From NCBI GenBank assembly GCA_903935195.1, contig CAIZQW010000287.1, positions 1 to 63,841 of the forward strand: a stretch of DNA of 63,841 nucleotides, read 5' to 3'. Positions 8,464-17,878 of the stretch are shown here, piece by piece. This stretch comes from an uncultured bacterium (GTDB lineage Bacteria > Verrucomicrobiota > Kiritimatiellia > RFP12 > UBA1067). The position numbers and the translations under genes were made by a program. The notes under the pieces were generated by a model. That model made no database searches and had not been told where the DNA came from. It was given only the letters and a program-made list of their open reading frames with translations. Position 1 is the first letter of the stretch. Every line of letters begins with the position of its first letter.

Positions 8464-9510
8464 CTATTGCGCATCAAGTTGGCTTAACTTCGCTTCTAGG
8501 GCAGCAACCCTGGCCTTCAACTTATCAACGGTACGAGGCAGGAGCAATTGGGCGCCAAGTTCCCGACGCGGCACTGCTGGCAACCCAAGATAGAACTCGC
8601 CAGGAGGCACATCTTTGGAGAGTCCGCTTGCAGGCCCCACCTGGCCACGATCACCGATCGTCAAATGGCCCGAAATGCCTGCTTGAGCCCAAATGATACA
8701 GCCCTGTCCAATGTGGGTACTTCCCGCCACACCTGCTTGCGCAATGATGCCACTGTAGTCCCCGACTTGAACATTGTGCCCCAACTGGACAAGGTTATCA
8801 ATCTTGACGCTGTTCCCGACGCGGGTGCGACCGAAACGAGCCCGGTCAATGGTGGTGTTACAACCGATCTCCACATCATCACCCAGTTCCACAATACCGA
8901 TCTGGGGAATCTTCTCGATCGTGATTGAGCCGTCAGGCTTGATAACCGGATTAAAACCATAGCCATCGCCCCCGAGTCGCACACCCGAGTGGAGAATGAC
9001 GCGGTCACCAATGATGGTGCCTTCGCGCACAGTGACCTGTGCATAAATGAGGCCGCCGTTACCAATCTTAACATTGGCCCCGATAAAGACCTGCGCTTCG
9101 ATCACGCAACGATCCCCGATCACGGTGTTCTCGTCAATCACCGTATAAGCCCCAACAGAGACCTCTTTCCCGAGCTGAACATTCTGCCCAATGATGGCCG
9201 TGGGATGAACGCCTGGCAACCGCACAACCGGGGGTGGCGCATACAAGGCCCCTACGTGGGCAAAAGCCGCATTCGGACTCTCCACACGGATCACAGAACG
9301 TGCAGAGCAGTCCCCCGACCAATCCCGGGGCACGAGAACACAACTTGCCTTGGTGGTCGCCAGTTGTTTTCCATACTTGGAATCGGTGAAGAAACTAATG
9401 TCACCTGCGCGAGCTTCGCTCAAACTGGACATTGCAACGATCTCTACAGAGCCATCTCCTTCGAGCTGGCCTGAGAGTTTATCAGCGATCTCTTGTGCAC
9501 GCATCTTCAT
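8464..9510 (-). CDS. lpxD: UDP-3-O-acylglucosamine N-acyltransferase
   Basis: From ORF 8464..9582, trimmed to MKMRAQEIADKLSGQLEGDG. It has a long left-handed beta-helix hexapeptide-repeat region and lies in the conserved bamA-skp-lpxD order. Confidence 0.9.
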   Translation of the reverse strand: MKMRAQEIADKLSGQLEGDGSVEIVAMSSLSEARAGDISFFTDSKYGKQLATTKASCVLVPRDWSGDCSARSVIRVESPNAAFAHVGALYAPPPVVRLPGVHPTAIIGQNVQLGKEVSVGAYTVIDENTVIGDRCVIEAQVFIGANVKIGNGGLIYAQVTVREGTIIGDRVILHSGVRLGGDGYGFNPVIKPDGSITIEKIPQIGIVELGDDVEIGCNTTIDRARFGRTRVGNSVKIDNLVQLGHNVQVGDYSGIIAQAGVAGSTHIGQGCIIWAQAGISGHLTIGDRGQVGPASGLSKDVPPGEFYLGLPAVPRRELGAQLLLPRTVDKLKARVAALEAKLSQLDAQ

Positions 9511-9514
9511 AGGA

Positions 9515-10105
9515 TTACTTCTTAGCAGCTGCTGCCTTCTTCTCGGCCTCTTCCTTGGCTTCCTTACGGACCTTCGGATCAATACCCATACGCTTCAGGA
9601 CATCATCTGTCACATCTAGCTTGGGATCAAAATACGCAAGCGTCGAGGCATCCATCACGATCGAGGTCTTGGTGTCCTTAGCATATTTGGTGATGGTCTC
9701 GCGGATCTCATTGGTGACCTGGCGTAACAGACGGGTGTCTTGGTCGCCTAACTCGCGTTGAAGCTTCTGAGCCTCTTGGCGCAGATCGCGTTCAGCCTCA
9801 GCAACCACATCGCGCTGCTTAAGCGCCTTGTTTTCAGCCTCAGCGCGCGCCTTGTCGCTCAACACAGGGTTGCGCGTCTCCTTGGCACTGCGTTCGAAAT
9901 CTTCGCGGAGTTGCTCAAAGCGCTCACGACGTTTATCCAGCTTGCCTTGGTACTCCTTCTCCATATCCACCATCAGCTTGCGGTCGCGTTCACGGTTCGG
10001 ATGAAACCGGATCAGGTCGATCATATTGACAACAACGGTCTTTTCCTCGGCAAAACCCACCAGTGCGGACATCAGGACCGCGACCATTAGACATGTAGCT
10101 TTCAT
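9515..10105 (-). CDS. skp: OmpH/Skp family periplasmic chaperone
   Basis: 196 aa with a signal peptide and a charged coiled-coil body. It lies between bamA and lpxD. Confidence 0.85.
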   Translation of the reverse strand: MKATCLMVAVLMSALVGFAEEKTVVVNMIDLIRFHPNRERDRKLMVDMEKEYQGKLDKRRERFEQLREDFERSAKETRNPVLSDKARAEAENKALKQRDVVAEAERDLRQEAQKLQRELGDQDTRLLRQVTNEIRETITKYAKDTKTSIVMDASTLAYFDPKLDVTDDVLKRMGIDPKVRKEAKEEAEKKAAAAKK

Positions 10106-10153
10106 GCGTATTCCCTTTCTGCAAGAGCCAACAGAGCTTCTTGCGAACAGTTA

Positions 10154-12496
10154 TTATTCAAACCCAATGGAGAAGGAGAAGACCTCTTCGTCCGTGTAAT
10201 CATCATCTGTGATGAAGGGCTTAGCCAGATCGAACCGGATCGGGAAGCCCGGGATGTCAATGCGCAGGCCCACACCGGCCGCGACACACACACCATTCAT
10301 ACCCCCACCAAAGGCGTCATCCCCGAGGGAGCCAGCATCCGTGAAGACAGCCAAACGAACCGCCTTAAAGACGGGGACCGTGTACTCAGCTGTTGCCATG
10401 GCCAGCGTCTTGCCTCCCATGGGCGAATAACGGTCGCTTCCGTTCTTGAAGAGCTTGGGTCCCAAACCACGGTACTCGACACCACGGACTGTCCGGGGAC
10501 CTCCGAGATAAAGAGATTCGTAGACGGGCAGTTCACCGCTATAAGCATCCACCGTTTCGAGACGACCGCGCAGATTCAACACATGCTTCCACCACGGCAT
10601 CGTGAACCAGTGACGGTGCGAAGCGCCCATGCGATAAAATTCGTTATCTCCGACAAAGCCCTCGGAAAGATCGCCAAAGACCATGGATTGATACCCACGC
10701 GTCGGAACAAAGGCTTGATCACGGGTGTCGGTTGACCAGAAGAGGCGGCCCACGCTATTGATATTGCCACTATACAACCGCTCTTGCTGTTTCCAGTAAT
10801 CTCCCACCAACGTACCTGCCTCAGTCTGCCATAAATTATAATTATCCACCTCATCCATATCCACCTGTTCAAGGGTATAACGGAAGCCTAGGCGACCAAC
10901 AGCAACAGGATAGGAGAGTCCGACCGCACCCCCTGAACGAATCTCGTCATATTGATCAAACCAGCGCATCCGACGATAGAGGTCCACCGAGAGCGCAAGG
11001 GGCTGATCAAAGAGCCACGGTTCTGTCCAGTTTGCCTCTGCGGTTTGACGGCGTGGACCATACTCAACACCTAAACGCGCCTTCTGTCCAGCGCCCGTGA
11101 AGTTCGGCCAGTTTAAGATATCAAAGTTGCTCTGGGAAACCTCACCATAACCAAAGATGCTGTCAACCGTCGAAACACCTAAGCCCACCATGAAGTTTCC
11201 GGTGCGTTGCTCGGTCACTTCATATACGAGGTCGCGTTTAGAAGGATCATCCGTCTTTTCAGAGTAGTGGCGAACCTCTGAGAAGTATCCCAGATTTCTC
11301 AGGCGAGCTTCGCTGCGCTCCGCACGGACCTCGTCTAAGATTTCGCCTGGACTGACGAGTACTTCGCGACGAATAACCTTATCTTTTGTTTTGTTATTTC
11401 CACGAAGAACGATGTTACGGATGTAGGCGAGTTGTCCCTCGCGCACATCAAAGGTAACCACCGCGCGCCCGGGACGCCCAGGTACGGGATCCACCAAGGT
11501 ACGCACCTCGGTATCCACATAACCACGGGAGCCATAATAATCGCGCACATCCTTCGCGGCATCCGCAAGGGTCTGACGGCCACAGACCATCTCCTGCTTC
11601 AGGCGGGAACGGGAGATCACGTCATTTTCAGGAAAGAGCTTAACCCCGCGAATGACGGTCGATTCAGTCGTATACGCGTCACCCTCTGTGACCTTAAAGA
11701 CCATGTCCACCTTCTCTTCGCCAACCTTTTCAGAAACTGGCGAACCCACCTTGGCATCTAAGAAGCCTTTATTTTGATAGACCTCTTCCGCTTGCTGGCG
11801 CGCATCCTCAAGAGCCTGTTCGGTTATAATCGCATCCGTGAACCAGCCACGCGGATCATACCACGGCAGATCCCCAAAGGAATAGCGCAACTCCTCTGCA
11901 GGAATCGAAACATTTCCGTCGAACTTGAAAGAACGAATCTTCTCGCGAGGTCCTTCATTCACCATAAAGGTCACCTGCGCAAAACCGACACTGTTGGTGA
12001 GGGGCTCCATGACCACGCTGATTTTGACGTTCCGATAATAGCGCTTAATATATTCGTCGCGAATCTTGCTGACTTTTGTCGCCAAGATCTGCTCATCAAT
12101 AGGGTCGCCGTTTTTGAGCTCCGCATATTTGCGGATCTTGCTCTCGCTCATGTAACTGTTGCCACGAATCGCGATCGGCTCTTGAAAACGATGACGGCGC
12201 TTGACGGAATAGATCACATGGAGTCCATCGCTAGAACCCGTTTCAATCTCAACGCTAGCTTTTTCAAAGCGTTCTGTATCCAAGAGCGTCCGAACATCCT
12301 TCGACAGTTGCTCCGTGAAATCCTTCTGGTTTTCAACCTTATCACCCACTTTTACGGTACAATATTGCAACACATCTGTTGCATCTGTACCAAAGGTGTC
12401 CAGGGTCTTAACCGTCACCTTTTTTACTGTTTCCGCAAAAACAGATCCTGCGACAAACAAGAAGACCATCATCCACGTGCGCTGTAATTGTTGCAT
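10154..12496 (-). CDS. bamA: Outer membrane protein assembly factor BamA (Omp85)
   Basis: From ORF 10154..12595, trimmed to MQQLQRTWMMVFLFVAGSVFA (signal peptide). It has POTRA repeats, a C-terminal beta-barrel ending FSFSIGFE, and synteny with skp/lpxD. Confidence 0.9.
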   Translation of the reverse strand: MQQLQRTWMMVFLFVAGSVFAETVKKVTVKTLDTFGTDATDVLQYCTVKVGDKVENQKDFTEQLSKDVRTLLDTERFEKASVEIETGSSDGLHVIYSVKRRHRFQEPIAIRGNSYMSESKIRKYAELKNGDPIDEQILATKVSKIRDEYIKRYYRNVKISVVMEPLTNSVGFAQVTFMVNEGPREKIRSFKFDGNVSIPAEELRYSFGDLPWYDPRGWFTDAIITEQALEDARQQAEEVYQNKGFLDAKVGSPVSEKVGEEKVDMVFKVTEGDAYTTESTVIRGVKLFPENDVISRSRLKQEMVCGRQTLADAAKDVRDYYGSRGYVDTEVRTLVDPVPGRPGRAVVTFDVREGQLAYIRNIVLRGNNKTKDKVIRREVLVSPGEILDEVRAERSEARLRNLGYFSEVRHYSEKTDDPSKRDLVYEVTEQRTGNFMVGLGVSTVDSIFGYGEVSQSNFDILNWPNFTGAGQKARLGVEYGPRRQTAEANWTEPWLFDQPLALSVDLYRRMRWFDQYDEIRSGGAVGLSYPVAVGRLGFRYTLEQVDMDEVDNYNLWQTEAGTLVGDYWKQQERLYSGNINSVGRLFWSTDTRDQAFVPTRGYQSMVFGDLSEGFVGDNEFYRMGASHRHWFTMPWWKHVLNLRGRLETVDAYSGELPVYESLYLGGPRTVRGVEYRGLGPKLFKNGSDRYSPMGGKTLAMATAEYTVPVFKAVRLAVFTDAGSLGDDAFGGGMNGVCVAAGVGLRIDIPGFPIRFDLAKPFITDDDYTDEEVFSFSIGFE

Positions 12497-12591
12497 ACCC
12501 CTTACCCTCTCCACTGTCAATGAGATAAAACGTTGGATTATACGACAGGAATAGGGTAAATACAAGGAGGAAGTCAAGACTATGCGGAGAC

Positions 12592-13341
12592 TCAACGCTG
12601 ATTAGGGCTGAAGAAGGTTCGGACCTTCTCAAGCGGCGAGTGATCGCGGAGTTCAGCGGGTTTTCCTTCGGCGATAATCGTGCGTGTCTCTGCATCCAGC
12701 ATGATGCAGCGGTCACCGACAGCATAAATGCTGGCCAGTTCATGCGTGACAATCACGAATGAAATGCCATGCGTGTCCCGGAGTCGGAGGATCAAATGAT
12801 CCAACTCTGCTGAGGTCACAGGATCAAGCCCTGCTGATGGCTCGTCCAGAAGGAGGACCTGCGGATCAAGGGCCATAGCTCGAGCGATCGCGGCCCGCTT
12901 CTTCATACCACCGCTCACATCCGTGGGGAAGTAGTTTGCAAAGGGCTTGAGGCCGACGAGCTCCAGCTTCATCTCTGCGATAAGACGCCGCGCATCAGAG
13001 GGCAGGTCTGTAAAGGACTCCAAGGGCAGGCAGACATTCTCCAGAAGCGTCATACTCCCAAAGAGTGCGCCACTCTGATAGGTGACGCCAAACGACCGCA
13101 TGGCCGCCTCTCGTTCACCCTCACCCCCATCTTGAATACGATGGCCGAGAATACGCACCTCGCCAGACAATAACGGATGCAACCCAATAAGATGTTTGAG
13201 CAAGGTGCTCTTTCCACAGCCCGAGCCCCCCAGCACGACGAAGGTCTCCCCTTGGGCCACCGTAAAGGAGATGTCTTTTAAGATCACCCGACCCTCATAG
13301 CCAGCGACCATATCTTTGACCTCTATGACCGTATCATTCAT
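12592..13341 (-). CDS. mlaF: ABC transporter ATP-binding protein, MlaF-like
   Basis: Walker A GGSGCGKST, signature VSGGMKKR and Walker B LLLDEP. It is paired with an MlaE-like permease. Confidence 0.85.
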   Translation of the reverse strand: MNDTVIEVKDMVAGYEGRVILKDISFTVAQGETFVVLGGSGCGKSTLLKHLIGLHPLLSGEVRILGHRIQDGGEGEREAAMRSFGVTYQSGALFGSMTLLENVCLPLESFTDLPSDARRLIAEMKLELVGLKPFANYFPTDVSGGMKKRAAIARAMALDPQVLLLDEPSAGLDPVTSAELDHLILRLRDTHGISFVIVTHELASIYAVGDRCIMLDAETRTIIAEGKPAELRDHSPLEKVRTFFSPNQR

Positions 13342-13343
13342 GC

Positions 13344-14432
13344 TTAAATATCCAGTACAAACAACAGAACGGAAAAAATGCCGTCGAAAATCGTGATGAG
13401 CACAAGGCTACCAACCACGGAGGCTGTGGCGGCTTGGCCCACCGCATCTGCACTGCGCTTGGTGTGCAGTCCATGTGAACAGCCCGAGAGCCCAACCAAC
13501 ACGCCGAAGGTGAGTGCCTTCGTCAAACCAATCAACACATTGTTGACCGTGATCGCATTAAAGACATGCTGCCAATAGGTAATCGCAGGAATGTCCATCA
13601 TCCAAAGGACTACGAAACCGCCGAAGAGCCCCATGACCACCGCGAAGATGCTCAAGAAGGGCAAGACAAAGGCAGCAGCGAGAACGCGAGGAAGCGCGAG
13701 AAAGAGTACAGGGGGCAAACTCAGCGTGGTCAGAGCGTCAATCTCTTCATTGACCTTCATCGTCCCCAGTTCCGCGGCAAAAGCCGACCCGGTACGCCCC
13801 GCTAAAATGATCGCGGTGATGAGGGCCCCCATCTCGCGAAAGAGTCCGATACAGATAAGGTCCGCCACATAGACCTCTACACCGAACTGCCGCATGGAGG
13901 AGCCTGAGAGAAAGGCTAGAATCAAGCCGATCAGAAAACCGATCAGCGCCACAATCGGCAAGGCGTCCATGCCTGCCCGCTCAATGCAAAGCATGGTGTC
14001 ACGCAAACGCAGTCTGCCCGGTCGCACCAAAAAGGAGAGACCCGAGGTGACCACCTCCCCTAAAAAGGCCAGCACATCAACAATATCCCGCCAGATGCGC
14101 ACGGCCGACTCGCCGACCTGCACAACCGTATGGGTATTGCGGGGTGGAAGATCATAGGCTGTATGATCAGAGAAGACGGCGGGATTGAAAATCTTGAGCG
14201 TCTTAGAGATCACCGCGACGGCATCACGATACTCCACGCTAAAGCCTTGCGCGGCTGCGCAGCGATGTACTTCAATAATCAGAGCCTCAGCCGAACCGTC
14301 ATACCGTTTGACGCTGTCGGCATCCAGAATAAGCACCTCGCCCGCCTTCAACTTGCCGACCTCGGGCATCCGCTGTTTCCACAACGGTGTCACCGAGTCA
14401 ACAGTACAAATCTCTGGTAAATTTAGTGTCAT
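13344..14432 (-). CDS. mlaE: MlaE-family ABC permease with an N-terminal STAS/MlaB-like extension
   Basis: 362 aa. The C-terminal roughly 250 aa are polytopic and MlaE-like. The N-terminal roughly 100 aa are soluble and STAS-like, by inference. Confidence 0.75.
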   Translation of the reverse strand: MTLNLPEICTVDSVTPLWKQRMPEVGKLKAGEVLILDADSVKRYDGSAEALIIEVHRCAAAQGFSVEYRDAVAVISKTLKIFNPAVFSDHTAYDLPPRNTHTVVQVGESAVRIWRDIVDVLAFLGEVVTSGLSFLVRPGRLRLRDTMLCIERAGMDALPIVALIGFLIGLILAFLSGSSMRQFGVEVYVADLICIGLFREMGALITAIILAGRTGSAFAAELGTMKVNEEIDALTTLSLPPVLFLALPRVLAAAFVLPFLSIFAVVMGLFGGFVVLWMMDIPAITYWQHVFNAITVNNVLIGLTKALTFGVLVGLSGCSHGLHTKRSADAVGQAATASVVGSLVLITIFDGIFSVLLFVLDI

Positions 14433-14445
14433 GGTGGCAACTAAT

Positions 14446-14588
14446 GTCTGGCTTTTGTCTTCTATCCTTTGGGTCTTCTAGTCTTCAGGTCTCTGCGTCC
14501 TCGTCTTCTCTGCAATAATCCAGAGTATTTACACGCTTGAGGACCCAAAGACTTTAAGACCTCAAGACGCAAAAAAAGACGCTAAGAC
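14446..14588. repeat. Word element: 5x GTCTT on the left arm and 5x AAGAC on the right arm
   Basis: GTCTT or GTCT at 14457, 14473, 14481, 14489 and 14503. AAGAC at 14548, 14556, 14564, 14576 and 14584. TTTGGGTC (14468-14475) is complementary to GACCCAAA (14542-14549). The element fills the argS-mlaE spacer. Confidence 0.85.
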
Positions 14589-14592
14589 CTTC

Positions 14593-16341
14593 TCAAATCC
14601 TCCTAGGCGTCCGAATCCCGAGCAGGGTCAGACCCTCTTGAAGGGCTTGGGCGACCATGAAACAGAGCCGTAGACGGCTGTTCCGTATGTCAGATTCAGA
14701 CTTCAACACCGGAGATTGCTGATAGAAGCTACTGTAAATCTGCGAGAGACTGAAGAGATAATCCGCCAGCACATTGGGTCGATAGAGTTCCGCGGCACGG
14801 GAGACCGTTCCAGGGAACTGCAACAATTTGAGCACCAGCTCCTTCTCCAACGGCGTATCCAGGCGCAAGACGCACGTGTTCATGTCGAGTTTCCCGAATT
14901 GATCCGCCGCCTTGTCGAGCAGACTGCAGACCCGCGCATACGCATATTGGAGGTAGGGTCCTGAATTACCTTCCAGAGCCAAAGCCTTCTCCCACGTAAA
15001 GACAATCAGCGTCTGAGGATCATGACTGAGGTCGGCATACTTGATAGCGCCAAGTCCGATAGCCTCTGACAAGTCACGCTGTTCCTCTGCACTCATCGTG
15101 GGGTTGGACTCCTGAACAATCTTGAGCGCGCGACTCACGGCCTCATCGAGCAACGCATCCAGCTTGATCACATTCCCCTGACGCGTTGAGAAGGTTCCCT
15201 CTGGCAGACGCATTAAACCGAACCAGACATGCTCCAGATGTGGAAGGGAGGAGGGCGAAGGGAGGAGGGAGGAGGTTGCAATACCCAACTTTTCACAGAC
15301 CTTGAAGAACTGTTTGAAGTGCAACTGCTGACGCTCATCCGTGACATAGACAATGCGATCAGGCGTAAACTCGGTCACGCGATTCCGCACCGTCGCAATA
15401 TCCGTGGCCGCATAGTTGAATCCACCATCGCTTTTACGGACCATGCAGATAGGCATACCGTCCGCTTCAAGATTCACAATCAGTGCCCCTTCACTCTCCA
15501 CCGCCAACCCCTTCTCCTGGAGCAGGCTAATGGTCTCGGGAAGGATGTCGTTGTAAAAGCTCTCGCCACGATAGAGGTCAAACCCCACATCGAGACGCTT
15601 GTAGACACGATTAAACTCGTCAAGACTGATGGTAACAAAACGTTGCCAGATCGCGCGATTCTCTGGATCGCCCTGCTGAAGCTTGACAAGCTCCGCCTTG
15701 CAACTCTCCAGATAAGCAGGATCCTCTTGCGTACGATTATAACTCTGGACATACATCCGCTCCAGAGACTCGACTGTCAGGGCTGCGCGCTCTTCCTCTG
15801 TCAAGAACGTGCGATACCCTTGAATTAAGATGCCGAACTGCGTGCCCCAGTCTCCCAAATGGTTGTCCGCGATCACCTGATATCCCAGGGCACGATAAAG
15901 GCGGTCAATGGCATTGCCGATAACCGTGGAACGGATGTGGCCAATGTGCATCGCCTTGGCAGCATTAGGGCTGGAGTAATCAATAATGACGGTCTTGCCT
16001 TCACCCTCCTTCGGGATGCCGAAACGTGGCGCGGCGGAAAGAGCGGCAACCTGCTCAGCAAGCCATGTGGGGTTCACCGTCAGATTAATAAAACCAGGCC
16101 CCGCCACCTCCAGCTTCTGAATAGAGGGCGGGAGGGGAAGTGCTTGAACCACTGCCTCTGCGATGACACGTGGTGGCTTCTTGAGCTTCTTCGCCAGTGG
16201 CATAATGTCGTTACACTGGAAATCCCCAAACTTCGTATCCGTTGCGGGCGTGACACGAATTGAGAGCTCTGATGCCTCCTCGCCACAGGCGGCAATAAAA
16301 GCGGACTTGAGCCAGGTGGCGAGTTGCTGTTCAGTATTCAT
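14593..16341 (-). CDS. argS: Arginine--tRNA ligase
   Basis: 582 aa. HIGH motif (AMHIGHIRSTVIGN), an MSTR-type second motif (FSTRQGNVIKL) and a C-terminal DALR anticodon-binding region. Confidence 0.92.
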   Translation of the reverse strand: MNTEQQLATWLKSAFIAACGEEASELSIRVTPATDTKFGDFQCNDIMPLAKKLKKPPRVIAEAVVQALPLPPSIQKLEVAGPGFINLTVNPTWLAEQVAALSAAPRFGIPKEGEGKTVIIDYSSPNAAKAMHIGHIRSTVIGNAIDRLYRALGYQVIADNHLGDWGTQFGILIQGYRTFLTEEERAALTVESLERMYVQSYNRTQEDPAYLESCKAELVKLQQGDPENRAIWQRFVTISLDEFNRVYKRLDVGFDLYRGESFYNDILPETISLLQEKGLAVESEGALIVNLEADGMPICMVRKSDGGFNYAATDIATVRNRVTEFTPDRIVYVTDERQQLHFKQFFKVCEKLGIATSSLLPSPSSLPHLEHVWFGLMRLPEGTFSTRQGNVIKLDALLDEAVSRALKIVQESNPTMSAEEQRDLSEAIGLGAIKYADLSHDPQTLIVFTWEKALALEGNSGPYLQYAYARVCSLLDKAADQFGKLDMNTCVLRLDTPLEKELVLKLLQFPGTVSRAAELYRPNVLADYLFSLSQIYSSFYQQSPVLKSESDIRNSRLRLCFMVAQALQEGLTLLGIRTPRRI

Positions 16342-16344
16342 AAA

Positions 16345-16668
16345 TTAGATTGCAGCTTCGACAGCTTTGATCAGCGCATCACCGGACTGGAGTCCGACCA
16401 TCTGCTGGACAAGCTGCCCGTTCTTGAAGACGAGAATGGCGGGAATGCTTTTAATACCGAACTTGACGGCCAGCTCGCGCGACTCATCCACATTGACCTT
16501 GGCGATCTTGGCGCGACCTGCAACAGCAGGGGCAACCTGATTTTCTAGGATGGGGGTGAGCATTTGACAGGGACCGCACCAGGGGGCCCAGAAGTCTACG
16601 AGCGTCACGCCTTCGGCTATCGAGGCGTCAAAGTTTGCTGTGTTAAGAGCGAGTAAGTTTGCTGACAT
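16345..16668 (-). CDS. trxA: Thioredoxin
   Basis: From ORF 16345..16722, trimmed to MSANLLALNTANFD. The WCGPC active site is present. Confidence 0.92.
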   Translation of the reverse strand: MSANLLALNTANFDASIAEGVTLVDFWAPWCGPCQMLTPILENQVAPAVAGRAKIAKVNVDESRELAVKFGIKSIPAILVFKNGQLVQQMVGLQSGDALIKAVEAAI

Positions 16669-16705
16669 GTTTTTTTCTCCTACGGGCAGGCACAACGACC
16701 TGCCC

Positions 16706-17875
16706 CTACAGTACACACGCACCTGGAGCCGGCTTGATCACGCTGACGTCACAGGGCTTTCCAAATTTCGCCGCATACGCACTCGCGAGCGCGGCACTGG
16801 CTGTCTCCGCATCACGCGGATGAACAAGGACAACAACGGAGCCACCGAAGCCACCCCCTGAGAGGCGAGCACCCAGCACGCCCGGGATCTTCTTCGCGGC
16901 TTCTACAACCACATCGAGCTCCTCACATGAATTCTGGAAGAGGATCCGTGAACTTTCATGCGAATCAAACATCAACGCACCAAAGCCAGGCAGATCACCA
17001 GAAGCCAAAAGCTCTGCGCCTTTGAGCACCCGTTCATCCTCGCCAATCGGATGCGCAGCCCGGTTCGCGACCGTTTCCGGCAAGCCGCCCTTATAGAGCG
17101 CCCACTCGGCCATGCTCACATCGCGTAGCGCCTTCACGGGATGACGCAGCACGGTTGCAAAATAAGCAGCGGCTGTTTCACAGGCCTCGCGCAGGCGGTT
17201 ATAGGCGCCATCGACGAGTGCATGCTTGGCATGCGTATTACACATCAGGAAGCAGGCGTCAGGCCCCATCTCCACATTCTCATAGACCAAGGAGCGGAAG
17301 TCGGTCTTCACGAGCTTGCCTTCCTGTCCGGCCAAGCTTGAAATCTGATCGAGCAAACCGCATTTGCAACCCGCATACGTATGCTCTGCCTTCTGGCCAA
17401 TCTTCGCCAGCGTAACCGGATCAACGGTTATCTTGTACAGTTTTGCGAGGGCAAGTCCTGTGGACATTTCAAGCGCCGCAGAGCTCGACAAGCCACTCCC
17501 CAAAGGAATATTTCCAAAAAACATACCGTCAAAGCCGACTGCGGCACCCTGGTTCGTCAGCCCCGCGAAGGTCCCTTTGACATAGTTCTGCCAGGTATCC
17601 GTCTTCGAAGGCGTCACGTCATTGGCTTCAAAGGTGACCTCTTTCATCAGGTCCCCGGCGACAAGGCGACACTGCTTCGAGGTACTCTTTGCCGCAGCGA
17701 AGAAGGTTCCGAAATTGATAGCCGCCGAGAAGACAAAGCCTTCATTGTAGTCCGTGTGGTTGCCGAGCACCTCGATACGGCCAGGCGCATACGCCACAAC
17801 CTCTGGATCGCGACCAAAATGTTTGCGGTACTTCTGAATCAGCTCATCGTGAACATGCTTATTGATCATAATCAT
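16706..17875 (-). CDS. galK: Galactokinase (GHMP kinase)
   Basis: GRIEVLGNHTDYNEGFV galactokinase signature and PLGSGLSSSAAL GHMP ATP motif. Confidence 0.88.
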   Translation of the reverse strand: MIMINKHVHDELIQKYRKHFGRDPEVVAYAPGRIEVLGNHTDYNEGFVFSAAINFGTFFAAAKSTSKQCRLVAGDLMKEVTFEANDVTPSKTDTWQNYVKGTFAGLTNQGAAVGFDGMFFGNIPLGSGLSSSAALEMSTGLALAKLYKITVDPVTLAKIGQKAEHTYAGCKCGLLDQISSLAGQEGKLVKTDFRSLVYENVEMGPDACFLMCNTHAKHALVDGAYNRLREACETAAAYFATVLRHPVKALRDVSMAEWALYKGGLPETVANRAAHPIGEDERVLKGAELLASGDLPGFGALMFDSHESSRILFQNSCEELDVVVEAAKKIPGVLGARLSGGGFGGSVVVLVHPRDAETASAALASAYAAKFGKPCDVSVIKPAPGACVL

Positions 17876-17878
17876 TCC

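Noticed and set aside
12497-12591. 7-bp inverted repeat TTACCCT/AGGGTAA in the mlaF-bamA spacer. Short palindromes were also seen at 26380-26430 (CCTTTTTGA-G-TCAAAAAAGG).
   Set aside because: They are short, AT-rich and isolated. They are compatible with chance or ordinary promoter/terminator structure and are not clearly part of the word-element family.
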